From a virus (lineage: Duplodnaviria > Caudoviricetes): a stretch of 26,680 nucleotides of DNA. Shown here one piece after another: positions 1-9,106 of the stretch (position 1 is the stretch's first letter; the number at the start of each line of letters is the position of its first letter). Under the pieces are notes generated by a model, which worked only from the letters and a program-made list of their open reading frames with translations, was not told where the DNA came from and did no database searches. A program made the position numbers and the translations under genes. The stretch is taken from IMG/VR virus record IMGVR_UViG_3300038318_000053, positions 1-26,680 of that record; one strand, 5' to 3'.

Positions 1-14
1 ATGATAATAACGAA

Positions 15-200
15 ATGTCTTTTGATGATTTTGTAGAAGAGCTTAAGGGAATTGTCGCATGGCAAGAGGCGTATCGCAGAGAATATGAAGTGTCTATTGG
101 CGATGCGTTTGAAGAAAATGTGAACAAACTTGAAAAATGGGACTGCTATATGCAGTTTGAACTCAATGCAAGGATGTTTGCTGAGTGGCTGATAAAATAG
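15..200 (+). CDS. Small hypothetical phage protein (start may lie upstream of the window)
   Basis: 61-aa ORF at the window edge, followed by a structured intergenic region and terminator; no recognisable motif. Confidence 0.5.
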   Translation: MSFDDFVEELKGIVAWQEAYRREYEVSIGDAFEENVNKLEKWDCYMQFELNARMFAEWLIK

Positions 201-218
201 ACATTAAAGAAATGATGA

Positions 219-341
219 GAGGTGTGACGGTTCTGACACCTCGGTAAAATAAAAATTGAGCGATGAAATGGTCGGAGGCCGACCCGCTTGAGGATGACAA
301 GTGTTTTGAGTAATTCGCTGCAAAGTTTTACTTAATCATTC
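219..341 (+). ncRNA. Candidate structured RNA or 3' UTR element of three consecutive hairpins
   Basis: GAGGTGT(219-225)/ACACCTC(236-242); GAGCG+GGTCGG(258-275)/CCGACC+CGCTT(279-289); GGATGA..TTGAGTAA(292-313)/TTACTTAA+TCATTC(328-341). Family not recognised. Confidence 0.3.
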
Positions 342-345
342 GGAT

Positions 346-387
346 ATAAAACACAGGTGTGAAATATCACCTGTGTTTTATTATATT
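346..387 (+). terminator. Rho-independent terminator-like hairpin (possibly bidirectional)
   Basis: 14-bp inverted repeat ATAAAACACAGGTG(346-359)/CACCTGTGTTTTAT(368-381) followed by a T-rich run. Confidence 0.75.
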
Positions 388-405
388 TAGAAAGGAGTAA
401 AAGGA

Positions 406-1299
406 ATGGGTGCAAAAGAAAAAAAGATAGAACCTAAAGAATCTTATTGTAGTATACATAGGCGTATGCTACCAATAGATGAATTTTATAAATCGACTAA
501 TCCTAATCACGGCAATGGTGTAGTACAATATTGCAAGGGCTGTACTGTTGAGATAATGAAAAGGAATTTAAAGAAATACGATAATCTTGAAAGTGCTTTG
601 TGGGCAACTTGTGCTACATTAGATATACCATTTATTAGGAAGGTATATGAGCGACTTGAAGATAGATTAAAAAACAGTGGTCAAAAGATTACTAATTACA
701 TCGGTGTATATTTAACTTTACTGAGTGGTATGAGAAGCAAGTCGGTTACGTGGGACACATTTGGAGATACTGATGTGCCTATGGGAGAAGCTAATAAGTT
801 TTCTGAGGCTGATTTGAGCCGAGAAGAGCAAGTTAAACATCTACTTATGCTTTGGGGCGAAGATTTTAGTGTTGAGGAACTAGGATTCCTTGAATGGAAA
901 TATGGTACATATACTAATGATATGAGCTTAACACAATATCAAGCATCTAGATATAGAGATTTGTGTTTGTGTGAATTGGTGATTCACAAGAATGAGGATG
1001 TTGATTCAGTCAACAAGGCTATGAATAACAAGTCTAAAATTGCTAAAGACTTGGGTATTGACCAATTTACTATTGACAAAGAAAAAACTGACGCTGAGAA
1101 AATAATTGAGAATGATATATATATGATGGAGAAATATGAGCCAGCGGAATATTATGCTGACAAAGACTTGTACAAAGATTATATGTATATTGGTAGAGAT
1201 TGGAAGAAGTATGTGTTGCGTCCAATTCGTAACTTGATAATGGGTTCAAAAGATTATGAAGTGACGGATGATAGTAAGTATGGTGATGATGATGAGTAA
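406..1299 (+). CDS. Putative terminase small subunit with N-terminal Cys/His zinc-finger-like motif
   Basis: Strong SD (AGAAAGGAG); CSIH...FYKS...YCKGC motif; lies directly upstream of and overlaps TerL. Call is based on synteny. Confidence 0.6.
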   Translation: MGAKEKKIEPKESYCSIHRRMLPIDEFYKSTNPNHGNGVVQYCKGCTVEIMKRNLKKYDNLESALWATCATLDIPFIRKVYERLEDRLKNSGQKITNYIGVYLTLLSGMRSKSVTWDTFGDTDVPMGEANKFSEADLSREEQVKHLLMLWGEDFSVEELGFLEWKYGTYTNDMSLTQYQASRYRDLCLCELVIHKNEDVDSVNKAMNNKSKIAKDLGIDQFTIDKEKTDAEKIIENDIYMMEKYEPAEYYADKDLYKDYMYIGRDWKKYVLRPIRNLIMGSKDYEVTDDSKYGDDDE

Positions 1300-1549
1300 T
1301 ATTATTGAAGATAGTAAATACGGTAAATTGCTCACACAGTATCTTAAAAGAGAAAAAGCACGACCTGTTGTTGTCGATAAGGATTTAAAAAATAAGAGGA
1401 CAAAACAATGGACTACTTTTTATAGACGAAACATGAATTTATATGCAACGGAAAGGCTAAGAATTAAATTAAAACCTTTTCAGCACATAATGTTGTATTT
1501 AATGGGACAATCAGATGTGTTTTTTGCAATATGTTCAAGGGGATTAAGT
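1292..1549 (+). CDS. terL: Terminase large subunit, exon 1 (spliced CDS join 1292..1549,3294..4886, about 616 aa)
   Basis: FYRRN..LKPFQHIML (adenine-binding Q motif) and FFAICSRGLS, the first half of Walker A. Start inferred at ATG 1292 (GGTGA SD; overlaps the upstream gene end). Confidence 0.88.
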
Positions 1550-3293
1550 AACTAAAAAATATCAAATAAACAGAAAGGGGTTTACCCCATGAGCAAGAAA
1601 ATAACTAAAGAGCAAATAGAATATATTATTAACAATTATGGTAAACAAAATGAGAGAGATATGGCAGATACCTTAGATTTGACGTTAAGGCAAGTTAGGA
1701 GAACCATATATAATAATAATTTGAATAAAAACGAATATGGTATTATACAAAGGAGCGACTCGAAGCTAACGCCGCAAGAAAAATGTTTTGTATTGGAAAA
1801 TTATTCACATATGTCTACCATAGAAATATCTAAAATATTAAATGTTTCTAGAGATGATGTTGCAATATTTGCACAAAGACATAAGTTGAAAAAAGCATCT
1901 GATAAATATAAAGATAATGGCACGTTTACATTATCTGAAAAACAGTTTATCATTGATAACTATGCAGATATGACTACTAGAGAAATGGGAAGGTTGTTAA
2001 ATTCTTCGCTAAGTAAAATTTATTCATATGCTAGAACGCATAATTTAACTAAGAGTAAAAATTATATAGAATTTAGACAACGAGATGAAGGACTAACTTT
2101 AAAGCAAAAAGAGTTTATTTTAAGTAACTATTCTGATATGCAATCTAATAAAATTTGCAAAAAACTTAATATTACTTATGAGCAGTTAAGGTCTTTCGCA
2201 TCTAACCATAATCTAAGAAAATCAGTTCAAGGACATAATAATCCTCATCATTACTATGAGGAGCTTTTAAAAAAAAGAAAAGATAAAACAAACTATAATG
2301 TTTTTGATTTTATCAATAATTCCGAAGAAATTAAATTACCTTTGGATTTATTATATAAAAGTAAGTATGGTAAATATTGTGTGAATAGCAACTACTTCAA
2401 CAAAATAGACAATGAATTTAAAGCATATTGGCTAGGGTTTTTATATGCAGATGGATGTGTAACTATCAAGAAACCGAATGGCAAGAAGTCTTTTGTTTTG
2501 AGCTTGGCTCTTGCTATTAAAGATGAAGAGCATATAAAAAAATTTAGAAGTAGTATTCAGTCGGATGCTCCAATTAAGTCACGTAATATTAGAGATGATT
2601 TTTACAGTAGCTATATTAATATATGCAATAGAACGATAGTTGAGGATTTAAACAATCTCGGGTGTGTTCCATGCAAGTCACTCAAATTAAAGTTTCCTAC
2701 AAAAGATACAGTCCCTATAAAATATCTTAGAGATTTTATTAGGGGATATTTTGATGGTGACGGGTGTATACATATTAATACTCAAAAAAGAGAAGTAGGC
2801 ATTAGTTTTGTAGGAACATATGAATTTTTAAAAGATTTGCAAAACGTAATGTGTAATGAACTAGATATTTCTCATGTAAAGATTTATAAGAAAGAAAATC
2901 AACAAGCATATGCTTGTGGGTGGGGAAGTGTCAGGAGTTGTGAAAAAATTTATAAATATTTGTATAGAGATTGTAACATATGTTTAGATAGAAAATTAAA
3001 AAAATTTGATATTTTATATTGCTTGGATTAAACAAAATATGGATAGTTTAATCTGAAAGAGGGCAAAATCGGTGAAGTCCACCTTGAGAGGGATAATACC
3101 GAGGTAATTATAAATTTTAAAAAATTTATAACACCGTAACGAGTAGTGGTTGAACCTGCGTTTTGTAGAATATAATACCACCAAGAGTGTCCTCCGCACA
3201 CCATATTATATGTGCGAAAATGTACTCTGTTCTTATACGATAAGGTAAAAGTATAAGAATCATAGGATAAAGAGCCTATGAGATAACAAAAAG
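1550..3293 (+). mobile_element. Group I intron in terL (1744 nt) with homing endonuclease ORF in the P1 loop
   Basis: 5' exon ends TTAAGT and pairs with IGS GCTTGG (3021-3026, U-G wobble); P2 GATTAAAC/GTTTAATC; P4 ATCGGT/ACCGA; P7 AAC-GAGTA/TACTC-T; terminal G3293. Removal restores SRGLS|KSFIVSLYC in frame. Confidence 0.92.
1589..3031 (+). CDS. Intron-encoded two-motif LAGLIDADG homing endonuclease with four N-terminal HTH-like repeats
   Basis: Motifs AYWLGFLYADGCV and DFIRGYFDGDGCI; N-terminal ~55-aa repeats of the form T..EK.FI..NY..M...EI...LN.S......A..HNL.K. Confidence 0.9.
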   Translation: MSKKITKEQIEYIINNYGKQNERDMADTLDLTLRQVRRTIYNNNLNKNEYGIIQRSDSKLTPQEKCFVLENYSHMSTIEISKILNVSRDDVAIFAQRHKLKKASDKYKDNGTFTLSEKQFIIDNYADMTTREMGRLLNSSLSKIYSYARTHNLTKSKNYIEFRQRDEGLTLKQKEFILSNYSDMQSNKICKKLNITYEQLRSFASNHNLRKSVQGHNNPHHYYEELLKKRKDKTNYNVFDFINNSEEIKLPLDLLYKSKYGKYCVNSNYFNKIDNEFKAYWLGFLYADGCVTIKKPNGKKSFVLSLALAIKDEEHIKKFRSSIQSDAPIKSRNIRDDFYSSYINICNRTIVEDLNNLGCVPCKSLKLKFPTKDTVPIKYLRDFIRGYFDGDGCIHINTQKREVGISFVGTYEFLKDLQNVMCNELDISHVKIYKKENQQAYACGWGSVRSCEKIYKYLYRDCNICLDRKLKKFDILYCLD

Positions 3294-4886
3294 AAATCCT
3301 TCATTGTTTCGCTCTATTGCGTCATTAAAGCTCTTTTATTCCCATACAGCGAAATTGTAATAACGTCATCGACAATAGACCAAGCAAATAAGATAGTGGA
3401 CAATAAAATAGAAACAGAATTGATTGGAAAATTATCATCTATTCTTAAATGGATGAAAGAGCAAGGCATGATAAAAATAACACAACCAAAAGATTGTAAA
3501 TGTGTAGATTTTTGGAACGGTAGTTGGATTAAGGTTATGCCAGCGTTAGATTCATCTAGAGGTGAACGTGCTTCTGTTTTGGTGGCAGAAGAGTGCAGAC
3601 TTATAAAAAAGGGAATTTGGGATTCTGTATTTAAGAAGATGTCACATCCAAGACAGGCTGAATTTTTAAAGCAACCTGAATATGAGTCCGAAAAAAGTTT
3701 ACTTGAAGAGTGTCAGGAAATATATATTACTTCAGCATATTTTAAATCGGAATGGTTTTGGCGTAGTTTTGTAAATACTGTAAAAGGATGCTATAATGAT
3801 AGAAGTATTGACTACAATTTTTATGCTGGCGATATATTTACTTCAATCAAACATGGTCTTAAAACTATTAAAGATTTAAAAAAATCTAAGCAGGATTCGG
3901 GTGAATTAGAGTTCCGAATGGAAGATTTGAATGAAATGGTCGGAGAGGGAGAAAATGCTTATTTTACATTAGATATGTTTAAGCGTAATCAGGTTCTTAC
4001 TAAAGCCTTTAAACCATTTATTTCATCTGAGTTTAATGCAAATGTAAATTTGAAAAACCGACAAAAGGGTGATAATGAATATAGATTACTTTGTGTCGAT
4101 TTGGCATTTACAGATAATGCACAAGGCAAAAGTGAAGAAGCCGATAGATGTGCATTAGAATGTTTAAGTGTAATTTGCAAAGATAATGGCAAAATAAGTC
4201 GGCAATTAGAGTATGTTGAATCTTTAAGTGGTGGCGATGATAAATTAGTAAAAAGAAGAATGAGAGAATTATTTTGGGATTATCAATGTGATTATATTAT
4301 AATGGATTTGCGTAATGGGGGTGAAAATTATTTTAATGATTTATCAACTCCGTGGCAACACCCCGAAAGAAATGAATGGAATACACACGGATTTGGGTTG
4401 TGTATGGAAGATGAATTACAAGTTATACCAACAGGTAAAATCAATGAACTTATGAATAGAACGGTTGACCCTGAATATATACCTTGTATGATTCCAATTC
4501 AAGCGAGTGCTGAATTTAACTCTGTTGCATGGAAATCGCTTTGGAAGTCTTTAAATAATGGTGTTTTAAAATTATTGGAAGATGAACTGCAAGCGGAACA
4601 AAGAATTGATGCAACAAAATATGCTTTTATGACAAGTGAAGAGAAGGTAAGATATAAAAATCCGTTTGTGCAAACGGATTTATTGATAACAGAAGGTATT
4701 AATTTAAGCCAAACTTGGAGAAATGGTACTTTAACTTTGCATGAACCACGTTCAGGACATAAAGATAGAATGTCCGCACTTCAATATGGAAGCATAATAG
4801 CGGATAAGATAGAAAATAAATACGCAGTATTACAAAATCAAGATAAGTTTGATGTTGCGGATTATGCAAATTATTTAATTTATTAG
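3294..4886 (+). CDS. terL: Terminase large subunit, exon 2
   Basis: Frame is open from 3294 (KSFIVSLYCVIKALLFPYSEIVITSST); SRGERASVLVAEECR (Walker B region), YITSA coupling motif, RNase H-like nuclease residues LLCVDLA and HKDRMSA. Confidence 0.92.
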   Translation, partial: KSFIVSLYCVIKALLFPYSEIVITSSTIDQANKIVDNKIETELIGKLSSILKWMKEQGMIKITQPKDCKCVDFWNGSWIKVMPALDSSRGERASVLVAEECRLIKKGIWDSVFKKMSHPRQAEFLKQPEYESEKSLLEECQEIYITSAYFKSEWFWRSFVNTVKGCYNDRSIDYNFYAGDIFTSIKHGLKTIKDLKKSKQDSGELEFRMEDLNEMVGEGENAYFTLDMFKRNQVLTKAFKPFISSEFNANVNLKNRQKGDNEYRLLCVDLAFTDNAQGKSEEADRCALECLSVICKDNGKISRQLEYVESLSGGDDKLVKRRMRELFWDYQCDYIIMDLRNGGENYFNDLSTPWQHPERNEWNTHGFGLCMEDELQVIPTGKINELMNRTVDPEYIPCMIPIQASAEFNSVAWKSLWKSLNNGVLKLLEDELQAEQRIDATKYAFMTSEEKVRYKNPFVQTDLLITEGINLSQTWRNGTLTLHEPRSGHKDRMSALQYGSIIADKIENKYAVLQNQDKFDVADYANYLIY

Positions 4887-4899
4887 AAAGGAGGTCTAG

Positions 4900-6504
4900 A
4901 TGTCTGAGAAAAAATTGACGAAAGAGCAAGCTAAAGAAACTGTCGAGTTTGCTCAAAGTTTTATAAATTCTTATTATGGGAATTATGGATTATATACTCC
5001 GCAATTATTAAATCAAACTTTAATTGATTTAAACATTACGCCCGAAAGTGCGACTTATGATAAAATAATTAAAGCATTAGATAACGCAAAGTATGATGCT
5101 AAAAATATTCAAGGATATTCACAATGGGTAGAATATAATGATATGTTAATGGCAAGAACATTAAGATATTATGCCAATATGCTTGCATTTGATTTGACTA
5201 TTGTTTGTACTAATGCCGATAAAAAAGATTATAAGAAAAAAGAGTATAAAGAAGATAAAAATAGAGTATATAAGTTTTTAGATAATTTTGATTATAAGGC
5301 AGAGTTTCAAAATATGGTGCTAGAAATGCTCCGAAGAGAAACTGTTTTTACATGGTTAAGAACAAATAATGGTAGCGTTGGAGATATTGATTTAGATGAC
5401 ACTAAGACCACAAAAGCACCAAAGTTTACTTTACAAAAAATGCCACAGGAGTATTGTACTCTTACTGGATATTTTGAATATGGATTATTATATGACTTTG
5501 ATATGAATTGGTTTTTGAGAGCTGGTGTAGACTTAAATGGATATGACCCTACTTTTAAGACAAAGTTCAAAGAAGTATTTACTGATACTGGAGTAAATAG
5601 ATATGTGCCTACTAATCAGTTGAATCGAAGAGATGGCACATTTGCTTATACTGTTCAAACATCGCCCGATTCGGGTGCGTGGTGTTTTAAATTCGATACA
5701 ACTAACTTCAACTCAGTCCCATTTTTAGCACCAGCGTTACAAAATTTTATAAACGATAGAGAAATTCAAGCGTTACAAAAGAATAAAGATATTGCCAGTG
5801 CGTATGGACTCCTCGTTGGTGAATTGAGAATGATGGACAAGCAAAAGAGCGGTCAAACCACAGACGCTTTTGCAATTAATCCAACTACTTTAGCAACATT
5901 TTTAAAGTTAATACAACAAGGTATGAAAGCGTCTATTAATGTAGGTGCAATGCCGTTAGAGAATACAGATTTCTATCAGTTTGAAGATAAAAACGAGGAT
6001 ATGTATAATAATCAACTTTCGAGTAGTGTTGGTGTAAGTGCAAGTGCAAGCAATCTCCTTTATTCAAGCGACAAAATGAGTCAAGAAGAATCAAGAAATG
6101 CCATTGTTAACGATGGCAATTTAATGAAAAAGTTATACGCTCAATTTTCTAATTTCTTAGAATTTTATATAAATAAGAAAACAAGAAAATATAAGTTTAA
6201 GTTTATATTTGACGGAATTAATTTCCCATTTGATAGACAAAATAGGCAAGAGGCAATTAATACTATTGCAGATAAAGGGATTGTGTTGTCTCCGTCTGCG
6301 TGGGCGAGTGCTTATGGATATAGAACAAATGATTTTGAGCACATGATAGAAGAAGCGAGCGGTGGCGAATTTAGTGACAATTTAATGCAACTATTATCTA
6401 TCCATACTACTTCAAGTAGCGATGGAGGCAAGGTTGGTAGACCACGCAAGCGAGGGTCGTTATCGACACAATCACGAGAATATGATACTTCTCAAGATGA
6501 TTAG
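4900..6504 (+). CDS. Portal protein
   Basis: 534 aa, directly after TerL, strong SD (AAAGGAGG), C-terminal GGKVGRP tail typical of portals. Confidence 0.8.
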   Translation: MSEKKLTKEQAKETVEFAQSFINSYYGNYGLYTPQLLNQTLIDLNITPESATYDKIIKALDNAKYDAKNIQGYSQWVEYNDMLMARTLRYYANMLAFDLTIVCTNADKKDYKKKEYKEDKNRVYKFLDNFDYKAEFQNMVLEMLRRETVFTWLRTNNGSVGDIDLDDTKTTKAPKFTLQKMPQEYCTLTGYFEYGLLYDFDMNWFLRAGVDLNGYDPTFKTKFKEVFTDTGVNRYVPTNQLNRRDGTFAYTVQTSPDSGAWCFKFDTTNFNSVPFLAPALQNFINDREIQALQKNKDIASAYGLLVGELRMMDKQKSGQTTDAFAINPTTLATFLKLIQQGMKASINVGAMPLENTDFYQFEDKNEDMYNNQLSSSVGVSASASNLLYSSDKMSQEESRNAIVNDGNLMKKLYAQFSNFLEFYINKKTRKYKFKFIFDGINFPFDRQNRQEAINTIADKGIVLSPSAWASAYGYRTNDFEHMIEEASGGEFSDNLMQLLSIHTTSSSDGGKVGRPRKRGSLSTQSREYDTSQDD

Positions 6505-6516
6505 AAAGGAGAATAT

Positions 6517-6717
6517 ATGTCTGAAAAATTTACAGAAGCACAATTAAATTTAATTGATATTTTATTCGACCTTTCTGTTCAAATGAACAATGCTACTGAT
6601 TATGATTCCGTAGATAAAGATATAGAAACGGTTGATAAAATATCTGCTATTATAAAAAGAATGGGCGATACGATTCTTTTAGATAATAGAGGGGAAAGTG
6701 GAGGTGTAATAGAGTGA
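6517..6717 (+). CDS. Small hypothetical protein
   Basis: SD AGAAAGGAG; GTGA overlap with the next gene. Confidence 0.65.
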   Translation: MSEKFTEAQLNLIDILFDLSVQMNNATDYDSVDKDIETVDKISAIIKRMGDTILLDNRGESGGVIE

Positions 6718-7229
6718 ATGTAAGTGAGAAAACTATTGATGGATTATATGTGTTAATAAAACAATGTTTTGAAGAAAACCGATGGACTGATAGAATGGTC
6801 TCGGTTTTAGGTGTAAAATTTGCGTGTAATCAGTCATCTCTTTTAATTCATCATGGGGTTGCTCATGCCTACCCTAAATTGTCCGATAAAATTGGTGAAC
6901 TGTGTTTAGAAAGATATAATATACCTGTTGAATATGGTAGTACCAATGAAGGCAAGCAAGAGTATGGAAGCGTAATGTCAATGATACAAGAATTAGAGGA
7001 CAGAAGCATCGCTTTTCAAAACATGCTTATGGGAGTAATGAAAATTGCGTGGGAAGATAATGATTTGCAAGTATATTCTGATTTAAGTGAAATTCTTTCA
7101 GATTATAATTTTATTGTGGAGCAAGTTATACTACTCAATGACAAAATGCATTATTATGGCGAAGATGGGATTATGAAATTTGACCATGATGTGGATAAGT
7201 TTTGGAGCTTAGACGAAAATTTGTTTTAA
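6714..7229 (+). CDS. Ferritin/Dps-like four-helix-bundle protein (putative)
   Basis: SD GGAGGTG; 171 aa, helical, with ferritin-like pattern EENR...HHGVAH..LSDKIGE...ELED....AWEDNDLQVYSDL. Recognised by pattern only. Confidence 0.5.
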   Translation: MNVSEKTIDGLYVLIKQCFEENRWTDRMVSVLGVKFACNQSSLLIHHGVAHAYPKLSDKIGELCLERYNIPVEYGSTNEGKQEYGSVMSMIQELEDRSIAFQNMLMGVMKIAWEDNDLQVYSDLSEILSDYNFIVEQVILLNDKMHYYGEDGIMKFDHDVDKFWSLDENLF

Positions 7230-7241
7230 GGCGGTGATAAT

Positions 7242-7439
7242 ATGATTATGAGACAAAAGCCAAAAGATATTGAAAATTATTGGAAAATAGATGCTCATAT
7301 CTGTAGACTGCTGAACAAAGATAATATTTTGCCAAGATATTTATATGGCGGCAATTTTTATTTTATAAAAAACGCAGAAATAAATGCGTGGTTGGAAAAT
7401 TATTATGGTGCTATGAAAGGTGGTGAGAGAAACGAGTAA
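7242..7439 (+). CDS. Small hypothetical protein upstream of prohead protease
   Basis: SD AAGGCGGTGA; 65 aa; overlaps the next gene's start region. Confidence 0.65.
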   Translation: MIMRQKPKDIENYWKIDAHICRLLNKDNILPRYLYGGNFYFIKNAEINAWLENYYGAMKGGERNE

Positions 7440-9075
7440 AAACATTAAGTTTTCTATTGAACATTTTGATATGTCGGATTTTGATAACGAAGAATTTGCG
7501 ATAGCGAATGTTAAGTTCCTCTCTACCAAGCCTAATTCACATGGGTTGGGAATATCACCAAATGTATTGCGTGAATGTGCGCCAACCGTTTTGGGAAAAT
7601 GGCTTGTTGCAAAATATGATAAGTATGCTAATGATACTACAGACCATGACTCAACTGAGAATATAATGGGAATTTTCCCGTCCAATCAAGAAATAGTGTT
7701 TACAGATGAGGACGGTTATTTAGTTGCGTCCGCAAATGTGGTTCTATCTAAAGTATATGCGAGCGAAATATATGAAATGTTTCAACTGGACAATTTTAGA
7801 GATGTTTCGGTAGAAATGAAAGTTGAATCACATTTTGAAGGCTCAGTGGAAGTTGTAGACTCGTTTAAAATTGTAGGTGTTACAATTTTAGGTAAGAGAG
7901 TTAATGGCTCATGCCCTGATGCTAATATGGAGATTATAAGATTTTCGCAAGAAAATGCAAATAAATTTTATAATGAACAAACCAATACAACTTTTGATGT
8001 ATTGAAAAGATTTTCTGAGGAAAGGAGGAAAAATATGGCTGATAAAACTTATAAGGTAAACAATACAGAGTTAAAAGAGACACCATGGGGAGATGTTGAC
8101 AAAACAAAATTAAGAAATGCCGTGGTAGAAGCAAAGAACAAAGCAGAATTAGTTAAGTCTGTCTATCTTGTAGTTGAAGATGGCTGGGAAGATGCTCCTT
8201 CTGAAAAACTTAAATATCCAGTAATGGAATTAGTTGGAGATACATTTTATTATAATCGTTATGGACTTAAATCTGCGTTGGGTTATGCTAAGGCAGAGGG
8301 CGATAATAAGGTTGTGTCTGAAATAGAAAAATTATATAAGAAATTTGATTTAGATGATAAAAAGGAGGACGAAGCTCAAATGTCTGATACTAAGAATTTT
8401 GAAATTGAAGGTCGTGAGGCTTGGGGTGATGTCATCAAGAAAGTACAAGACCACGAAGGTAAAGAGGCTTATGTCGAAAGTGTTGAAAAAGACTACATTA
8501 TCTATACAAAGGGTGATGTAAGATACAGAGTTGAGGCTAAGGTCGAAGTCGGTGAAGATGACAAGAGCGTAAAGGCTGAAATTAATTGGGAGTCTGTTAA
8601 AAAGGACGCTGACCAAAAGATGTCTGATGATGATGTAGAAATGCAAGACGATGCTGAGGAAATGTCGGCAGATGCCAATGTTGACCCAACAGCTCATGCT
8701 GATATGCTGAAAGAGGAAGCGGAAAAGAATCAATCTCTTGTTGATAAGCTCGCTGAAAAAGAGAATATTATTATGGAGTACGAAAAAGAACTCAAAGAAT
8801 TAAGGCAGTTTAAATGCGATATGGAAGATAAAGAAAAATGCTCTACTGTAGCTACGGCTATGGCTGAAGTAAAAGAGTTTATTGACGATACAGAATTTGA
8901 GAGCCTTAAAAAAGAGGGAATGGCTTGCGATATGTCTGAACTCGCAGGATGGACAAATAAAATTAAGTCTGTCGCTTTTGAGGCAGTTAAGAACCATAAT
9001 ACTAACAACAATGGTATTTGGTCGATGTCAAACCCTGATATAGTTAACCCTGAACCTAAAGGTTTATGGGGATAA
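7420..9075 (+). CDS. Prohead protease-scaffold fusion (start uncertain: GTG 7420/7423 or ACG 7432; nested starts at 8035 and 8380)
   Basis: N-terminal protease-like region (PNSHG, TTDH, RDVSVEM, GVTILG) and acidic coiled-coil C-terminus; lies between portal and capsid genes. Confidence 0.78.
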   Translation: MVRETSKNIKFSIEHFDMSDFDNEEFAIANVKFLSTKPNSHGLGISPNVLRECAPTVLGKWLVAKYDKYANDTTDHDSTENIMGIFPSNQEIVFTDEDGYLVASANVVLSKVYASEIYEMFQLDNFRDVSVEMKVESHFEGSVEVVDSFKIVGVTILGKRVNGSCPDANMEIIRFSQENANKFYNEQTNTTFDVLKRFSEERRKNMADKTYKVNNTELKETPWGDVDKTKLRNAVVEAKNKAELVKSVYLVVEDGWEDAPSEKLKYPVMELVGDTFYYNRYGLKSALGYAKAEGDNKVVSEIEKLYKKFDLDDKKEDEAQMSDTKNFEIEGREAWGDVIKKVQDHEGKEAYVESVEKDYIIYTKGDVRYRVEAKVEVGEDDKSVKAEINWESVKKDADQKMSDDDVEMQDDAEEMSADANVDPTAHADMLKEEAEKNQSLVDKLAEKENIIMEYEKELKELRQFKCDMEDKEKCSTVATAMAEVKEFIDDTEFESLKKEGMACDMSELAGWTNKIKSVAFEAVKNHNTNNNGIWSMSNPDIVNPEPKGLWG

Positions 9076-9106
9076 ATAAAAATAAAAGAAAAGGAGATAA
9101 TAAATT

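Noticed and set aside
212-236. C/D-box-like motif ATGATGA...CTGA
   Set aside because: Short motifs likely to occur by chance, no closing stem, and no expected machinery in a bacterial host.
1550-3293. Intein in TerL
   Set aside because: The LAGLIDADG ORF has its own start and stop, exon 1 is followed by a stop, there are no intein terminal motifs, and a group I core is present.
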